Shown here: piece after piece, positions 7,530-12,093 of the stretch
Layout of the letters: every line of letters starts with the position of its first letter
How positions within the stretch are numbered: the first letter of the stretch is position 1
NCBI GenBank assembly: GCA_013416795.1
Contig: RQSC01000062.1
Coordinates: 1 to 12,093 of the forward strand
DNA: 12,093 nucleotides
Direction of reading: 5' to 3'
DNA from: Prasinococcaceae sp. CCMP 1430
Taxonomy: Eukaryota > Plantae > Prasinodermophyta
Position numbers and translations under genes: made by a program
The notes under the pieces: generated by a model
What the model was told of the DNA's origin: nothing
Databases searched by the model: none
What the model saw: the letters and a program-made list of their open reading frames with translations, nothing else

Positions 7530-7931
7530 ATGGACCTGGGAGGCGGCCTGGGCGCGCACGAGCGCCGGCTCGCACTCGGGCTGCATGCGGCGCTCGAGGA
7601 GATGGAGGAGTACGTGTACGGGGAGAAGACACCGGTGAAGCAGCAAGATCAGGGGCGGGCGGTTGGGCGAGCGGACGGGCGGGCGTTCGCGCGCCCTCAC
7701 CACGGCACAGGGGGGCCGCAGGGCGGCGCCGCTCGGCCGCTGTCAGAGCAGGCAGCCGAATGGGCGGCGGCGCGGCCGTACCTGCGCGCGCGCGGCCGCG
7801 CCATTCTCCGACAGCACCCGTCTGCCCCTGGCGAGGCGAGCCCCGCCCGCGGACCGAGCGCGACGGCTGGCCAGGAGGAGACGTTCGCGGAGCACTACGA
7901 CGGCGGCGGGGCCAGTGCCTTCGTGGCCTAG
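7530..7931 (+). CDS. Small protein with FAM149/DUF3719-like domain (candidate ciliary protein)
   Basis: ATG in good context (acgATGG), 133 aa. Three blocks are in the order and spacing I recall for DUF3719: AALEEMEEYVYGE (cf. FEEIDELLYEG), LSEQAAEWAAARPYLRARGRAI (cf. LQEECxxWxxxFPHLRVLGxQI) and EETFAEH (cf. EExxAxDG). No HMM search could be run. The 3' end could be spliced. Confidence 0.62.
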   Translation: MDLGGGLGAHERRLALGLHAALEEMEEYVYGEKTPVKQQDQGRAVGRADGRAFARPHHGTGGPQGGAARPLSEQAAEWAAARPYLRARGRAILRQHPSAPGEASPARGPSATAGQEETFAEHYDGGGASAFVA

Positions 7932-8521
7932 CGCCCGCCCCGGCCGCGCGCAGGGACCACGGCTGAGGCCGCGACTGCGTCCGCGGCCCTCCAGGGCGCT
8001 TGCGCCACTAATGCACCGCGCTCTCGCAGTAGACAAGCGCGCCGCGCGCCCCTGGCCGCCCGCGCCGCCGCGGGGCACATTACCACCGGCCTGCAGGCGT
8101 GCGCGCGCGCACGAACCCTATTTAGTTCATAATCAAATTTACCCCAACTTTTTGTGTCCGCCGTTGGATGGCACACCGATAGCAAACGGCGTGAGATGTC
8201 CAAGCATAACCCAAACCTCCCGCGCCGCACGCCGAGCGACGAGGCGCGAGCGCGTTCCCCGGGGCGGCACATCGCGCCAGAGCGACGGCGGGGTGTGTGT
8301 GTGGCGGGCCTGAGGTGGGGGAGAAGGGGGCGGCTGTGACGCAGCGCGCCGCGCTCGCAGCAGAAGCGACGCGAAAATTCTTAAGGAGGGGGCCGCTGTC
8401 ACCACAGCGCGCCGCGCGCGCGCGCGGTGCCGCGGCGGCACACGCGGGCCGCGTGGCGTCTGTGCGAGGATTCGAGACTCGTTGCACGCCGGCAAGCGAG
8501 CACGTGACTGAGGGAGGCGGG

Positions 8522-8563
8522 GCGGCCGCGGCCGCGGCCGCGGCCGCAGCCGCGGTCGCGGCA
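8522..8563. repeat. (GCGGCC)n tandem hexamer, 7 units (4 perfect, 3 degenerate)
   Basis: gcggcc x4, then gcagcc, gcggtc, gcggca; ends 80 bp upstream of the GT29 ATG. Confidence 0.85.
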
Positions 8564-8642
8564 GCGCCTGGCCTGGTGGCGCACGTCAGAAGGAGGTCGT
8601 GTCGCTGGGGCGGCGAGGGCGAGGGGCAGGCGCACGCGCGCG

Positions 8643-10292
8643 ATGCTGGCGCGGCGGGGAGAGCGGCCTCGAGCGGCCCGGAGGGCCGGGGTCATCGTGC
8701 TGGCGGCGCTCGCCGCGCTGGCTGTGTTCGCGCTACTCGGCGTAGTTGCGGCCCAACTGCGCACTGCTGAGGCGGTCGAGGACCACACTTTTGACGATGG
8801 CGACGACGGCGATGGCCCTTCCCCCGCGGTGGCCCAGGCGGATGGCGCGGCCGCAGATTTCTTCGCGGGCGTCGGCAGCGCCGCTGAGGCAGACATGGCG
8901 ATCGCACGCCCGAGGCAGGAGCTGGAGGAGGGGGAGGAGCAGCAGCAAGAGCGGCTGCAGCAACATCAGGAGCAGCAGCGCCTGGAGGAGGAGCAAAAAC
9001 AGGAACAGGGGACGCGAAAGGAAGGAAACGACGCCGGTGCGGTAGCAGAGGCGGTGGAACCCCCGCCCGCCCTCAATTTGCGCCACGATGGCCACACCTC
9101 TGCGCCCTCCGCCAAAACCAATGAGCACCGCATTGCGAGCTTCAAGCCTCACCATGCGTCGTTTCGTACTGCCGTGAGCAGCGAGCCTGTCGGCGGCGGC
9201 GGTCGCAGTGGCGGGAGAAAGGCAATGCCGGGGGGTACGAGCTCCAATGCAAGCATGGGGCTGCCTGACGAAGAGTTCTGGCCCGCGCGCATGTCAGACA
9301 TGCGTCACCTCTGCCACTGGCCGAGCGCCGAACAGGTGCCCCTAGCGCCGGACGACTTCTTGGTGCGTCCACAGCGGTGGTGGAGGGCGGAAGGGAATCG
9401 TGAGGCGGTGGTGCCCTCGCTTGAGCGCGACGTGCCCTCGACCCACACGTACACGTCGCGCATGTACTGGAATGGGCGCGCGCACCACGACGACTGGGCG
9501 CGCGGCAAGCTCCCTTTCCCATTTCACGACCGCGCGACAAACTTACCGCTCGAGAAGGAGCTCAGCTACTTCGCGGGGCGGCTGAGTCCAGACCCGCTGC
9601 GCAGATTCGGCACGTGTGCCATCGTGGGATCAGGAGGGGCACTCAAGGGCGCAGGATTGGGCGAGGAGATTGATCGGCACGGCGCCGTCATCCGCTTCAA
9701 CGAGAACAAAGTCGAGGGGTACGAGCGCGACGTTGGGCGCCGCACGACGTACCGCCTGGTGTACCCCGAGTCGTTCTACCGCCCCATCGGGCAGAACGAC
9801 GGGCGTGGCGGGCAGGGCGGAGATGTGCGCCCCACACAGCTGCTCTTCATGCCGTACAAGAGGCAGGACTACACATATCTATGGAAGCTAGCCCGGGGCC
9901 AGGATGCATGCGCTTCCGTGCGGGGGGGATTCTGGAAGAAACCGCCGCTCTGCAAGACGGACAGCATCAATGTGACGGCGGAGCTGCGCTTGTTCAGCCC
10001 CGAGTTCCTGGTGATGGCAGAGGAATGCTACTATGCGGTGAAGCACGGGTCTGTCAAGACGACGGGGAAGAGGCCCTCGAGCGGCTTCTTCGGCATGCTC
10101 TTCGCCCTCTCCACGAGCTGCAGGCGACTCCACCTTTACGGATTTGGCGTGACCGCAAGCAAGTACTGCAAATACACAGACCCGAGCCCCGGTAGGTGCG
10201 ACGCACACTACCACTCGCAACACGACTACGACCTCGAGATGGCGTGGTATCACCAGCTTGCACAGTCGGGTTTCGTCAGGTTCATGACGTAG
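8643..10292 (+). CDS. Glycosyltransferase family 29 (sialyltransferase-like) type II Golgi membrane protein
   Basis: 549 aa. Basic N-tail plus a single hydrophobic anchor (GVIVLAALAALAVFALLGVVA) and a Q/E-rich stem. Sialylmotif L from 9615 (CAIVGSGGALKGAGLGEEIDRHGAVIRFNENKVEGYERDVGRRTT), motif S from 10074 (PSSGFFGMLFALSTSCRRLHLYGF), motif III (HYH) and motif VS at 10221 (HDYDLE, HxxxxE). Confidence 0.92.
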   Translation: MLARRGERPRAARRAGVIVLAALAALAVFALLGVVAAQLRTAEAVEDHTFDDGDDGDGPSPAVAQADGAAADFFAGVGSAAEADMAIARPRQELEEGEEQQQERLQQHQEQQRLEEEQKQEQGTRKEGNDAGAVAEAVEPPPALNLRHDGHTSAPSAKTNEHRIASFKPHHASFRTAVSSEPVGGGGRSGGRKAMPGGTSSNASMGLPDEEFWPARMSDMRHLCHWPSAEQVPLAPDDFLVRPQRWWRAEGNREAVVPSLERDVPSTHTYTSRMYWNGRAHHDDWARGKLPFPFHDRATNLPLEKELSYFAGRLSPDPLRRFGTCAIVGSGGALKGAGLGEEIDRHGAVIRFNENKVEGYERDVGRRTTYRLVYPESFYRPIGQNDGRGGQGGDVRPTQLLFMPYKRQDYTYLWKLARGQDACASVRGGFWKKPPLCKTDSINVTAELRLFSPEFLVMAEECYYAVKHGSVKTTGKRPSSGFFGMLFALSTSCRRLHLYGFGVTASKYCKYTDPSPGRCDAHYHSQHDYDLEMAWYHQLAQSGFVRFMT

Positions 10293-10367
10293 GTGGTGCA
10301 CAGGCAATGCCAGATCGAAGTCACTAATCAAAAGTACACACGGGGCAATGCTGCTGAATCCACCGTC

Positions 10368-12093
10368 TCACTCTGCGTTCGCGGCGATTCGCTCAACCAG
10401 CACCGCCTTCTTGCCGCTCAAGGGCAGACCCATGGCCCTGAGCACGACCTTGAGCTGCGCCACTTTCAGCTTAGAAAGCGCTGCGGTGTCCGAGCGGTCA
10501 ATCGCGGCCAGGAGCTCCTCGTCCGTCGCGGTCGCGGGGGGCACCTCGCTGTCTTCCTCGCCGAGCAAGCGGGCGACAAGTTCCGCCTTGCTGCCGCTCA
10601 CCTGCACGGACGCGGCGCAAAGAGGTCAGAGATCGGACGTGGTCGGTCTAGAGCGCACAACGAATGGGCAACGAGTGGCATGGTATCCCTATTCGCTGTT
10701 GCGCGCACGTTGCGCGCACCTTCATGCCCCGCGCCTTCAGCATCGCCTTGAGGTTCGGGAGCTTGCTGGCCTCCAGAAACCTGCGCTCGGCACCCGCCCT
10801 GGCCTCTGGCGGCGAGTCCCCAGAGGTGGTGAGAGCAGGTTCCATCTCAGATTGATCGCTTCGCACGTCGTCCTGCTGCAGCTCACGCTTCGCCTGCCCT
10901 TCCTTCTGTGCTTCAGACGCCTGGGAGGCCGCAATGTCGGCCTCTACAGCAGCGACAGCAGCGGCGGCAGCGGCGGCGGCATGCGCTTCCTCCTGAGCAG
11001 CCGCTCGCGCGTCGGCCTCGGCAGCTGCCTGCGCCTGCGCCTGTACACTGACAGCCCGCTGCATAGCAGCCTTCTGCGCCTCGGCCTCGGCCACAGCCGC
11101 CTTGGCCTTGGCCTCGGCGGCCGCCTGTTCGGCGGCCCTCTGTTCCTCGGCCTCCGCGGCCGCCTGCGCCTGTACACTGACAGCCCGCTGCATAGCAGCC
11201 TTCTGCGCCTCGGCCTCGGCCACAGCCGCCTTGGCCTTGGCCTCGGCGGCCGCCTGTTCGGCGGCCCTCTGTTCCTCGGCCTCGGCAGCCGGCAGCTCAA
11301 ACGCCCCGAGTGGCGCCGCCGATGCCTCGACCTCGGTGGCCGCCTGCGCGGCGGTGCTCTCCGCCTCAGCCTCAGCAGTGAGCGCGCAGCGCCGCGCCCG
11401 CGCATTCGCAGCAAGCGACTCCAACTCAGCCTTGGCTTCGCTCCATCCGCTGACTTCGAGCGCGCGCGCGCGACGCCATGCGCGCGCAGCCGCCTGCGCT
11501 TTGGCGTCGCTATTGTCGCTCGCTTCGAGCGCGCGCGCGCGACGCCACGCACGCACGGCCGCGTGCTCATCATCAGCAATCTGCGCATCAGCTTCGGCCT
11601 CCGTCTTCGCCTGCGCCTCCGTCTGTGCCTGTGCCTCCGTCTGTGCCTGTGCCTCCGTCTGCGTCTGCGCCTGCGCCTGCGTCTGCGCCTCCACCGGTGT
11701 CGACGCAATGTCCTCGGCCGCCTCGACATCGTCGGCCTCGTCGGCCTTCACGTCGCGGACGATCTCAACGTCCATGAAAATGGTCTTCCTGGTCTTCTTC
11801 GTGTGGCTCTGCTCGCCGCTGGCGGGCTCGTCCAGCTCGGCGCTCTGATCTGGGACCTTGGCATCGCTTGCGCCCTGGGCCGCGGTCGGCTGCTCCGTGG
11901 GCTGCTGCGCCTGCTGCTCAGTCTGTTGCTCGGTCTGCTGCTCCGCAGCGACGGCTGCGGCCTCCTCAGCGGCGAGCGCGTTGGTGTGATTGCCGCTGCC
12001 GGGATCATTCGCGAGCGCGGCCTCCGCGCGCGCGACGTCCACGCCGCCGCTCGCGGGGATCGCGCTCGCACCGCTGGCGACGGCCGCGGCGGC
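10368..12093 (-). CDS. Ala/Glu/Gln-rich low-complexity protein with two C-terminal SAP-like domains; join(10720..>12093, 10368..10601); 5' end outside the window
   Basis: The frame is open from base 12093 (the track start at 12042 is a GTG, not an ATG). Splicing gives LEASKLPNLKAMLKARGMK-VSGSKAELVARLL and then ALSKLKVAQLKVVLRAMGLPLSGKKAVLVERI. Both fit the SAP consensus (LxVxxLKxxLxxRGLxxSGxKxxLxxRL). Stop TGA at 10370-10368. Confidence 0.85.
10602..10719 (-). other. Spliceosomal intron splitting the first SAP domain (118 bp, phase 0)
   Basis: Donor AAG|GTGCGC at 10719, branch CTGAC at 10629-10625, acceptor TGCAG ending 10602. Removal restores the SAP motif GMK-VSGSK in frame. Confidence 0.9.
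11032..11283 (-). repeat. Perfect in-frame tandem duplication, 129-bp period (43 aa)
   Basis: 11032-11154 and 11161-11283 are identical over 123 bp; each unit encodes EAEEQRAAEQAAAEAKAKAAVAEAEAQKAAMQRAVSVQAQA. Confidence 0.95.
11455..11547 (-). repeat. Degenerate 69-bp-period repeat encoding RAWRRARALE twice
   Basis: The 24-mer ttcgagcgcgcgcgcgcgacgcca is identical at 11455-11478 and 11524-11547. Confidence 0.85.
11598..11687 (-). repeat. 18-bp minisatellite, 5 degenerate units encoding (A-Q-A-Q-T-E)n
   Basis: cctccgtctgtgcctgtg is exact at 11616 and 11634, with variants at 11598, 11652 and 11670. Confidence 0.85.

Noticed and set aside
8111-8200. AT-rich island with Sm-site-like runs, a 7-bp hairpin (8159-8191) and a partial telo-box (AACCCTA)
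   Set aside because: No conserved snRNA, tRNA or telomere-array features; consistent with an ordinary terminator or promoter region.
8122-8770. ORFs 8297-8770 (+), 8122-8487 (-) and 7663-8313 (+) between the FAM149-like and GT29 genes
   Set aside because: Low-complexity Ala/Arg/Gly translations with no domain, crossing AT-rich non-coding-like DNA.
11032-11687. Direct repeats considered as a CRISPR array or transposon ends
   Set aside because: All periods are multiples of 3 inside an open frame, with no unique spacers, terminal inverted repeats or transposase.

Overview
Gene-dense, very GC-rich eukaryotic DNA, most consistent with a compact green-algal (prasinophyte-grade) genome. This is inferred from a plant-type ferritin and from GT-AG introns of 116-118 bp with CTGAC branch points. 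Five protein-coding genes are supported: (1) an uninterrupted 1858-aa CFAP44/FAP44 axonemal WD40/coiled-coil protein (95-5671, +); (2) a plant-type ferritin (-) with a 116-bp intron and an unresolved 5' end; (3) a 133-aa ORF resembling the FAM149/DUF3719 ciliary domain (7530-7931, +); (4) a type II membrane GT29 sialyltransferase-like enzyme (8643-10292, +); (5) an Ala/Glu/Gln-rich repeat protein ending in two SAP-like domains (-), with a 118-bp intron, running off the right edge of the window. No rRNA, tRNA, CRISPR or mobile element is supported. The most interesting signals are the candidate minimal FAM149-like gene near CFAP44, the out-of-frame ATG at the ferritin 5' end, a triple GGATTCCRTA motif and a strong G-quadruplex in the divergent ferritin/FAM149-like intergenic region, and a perfect 129-bp internal duplication in the SAP protein. 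I see no clear evidence for a wholly new multi-gene system. All family assignments come from remembered motifs, not database searches.
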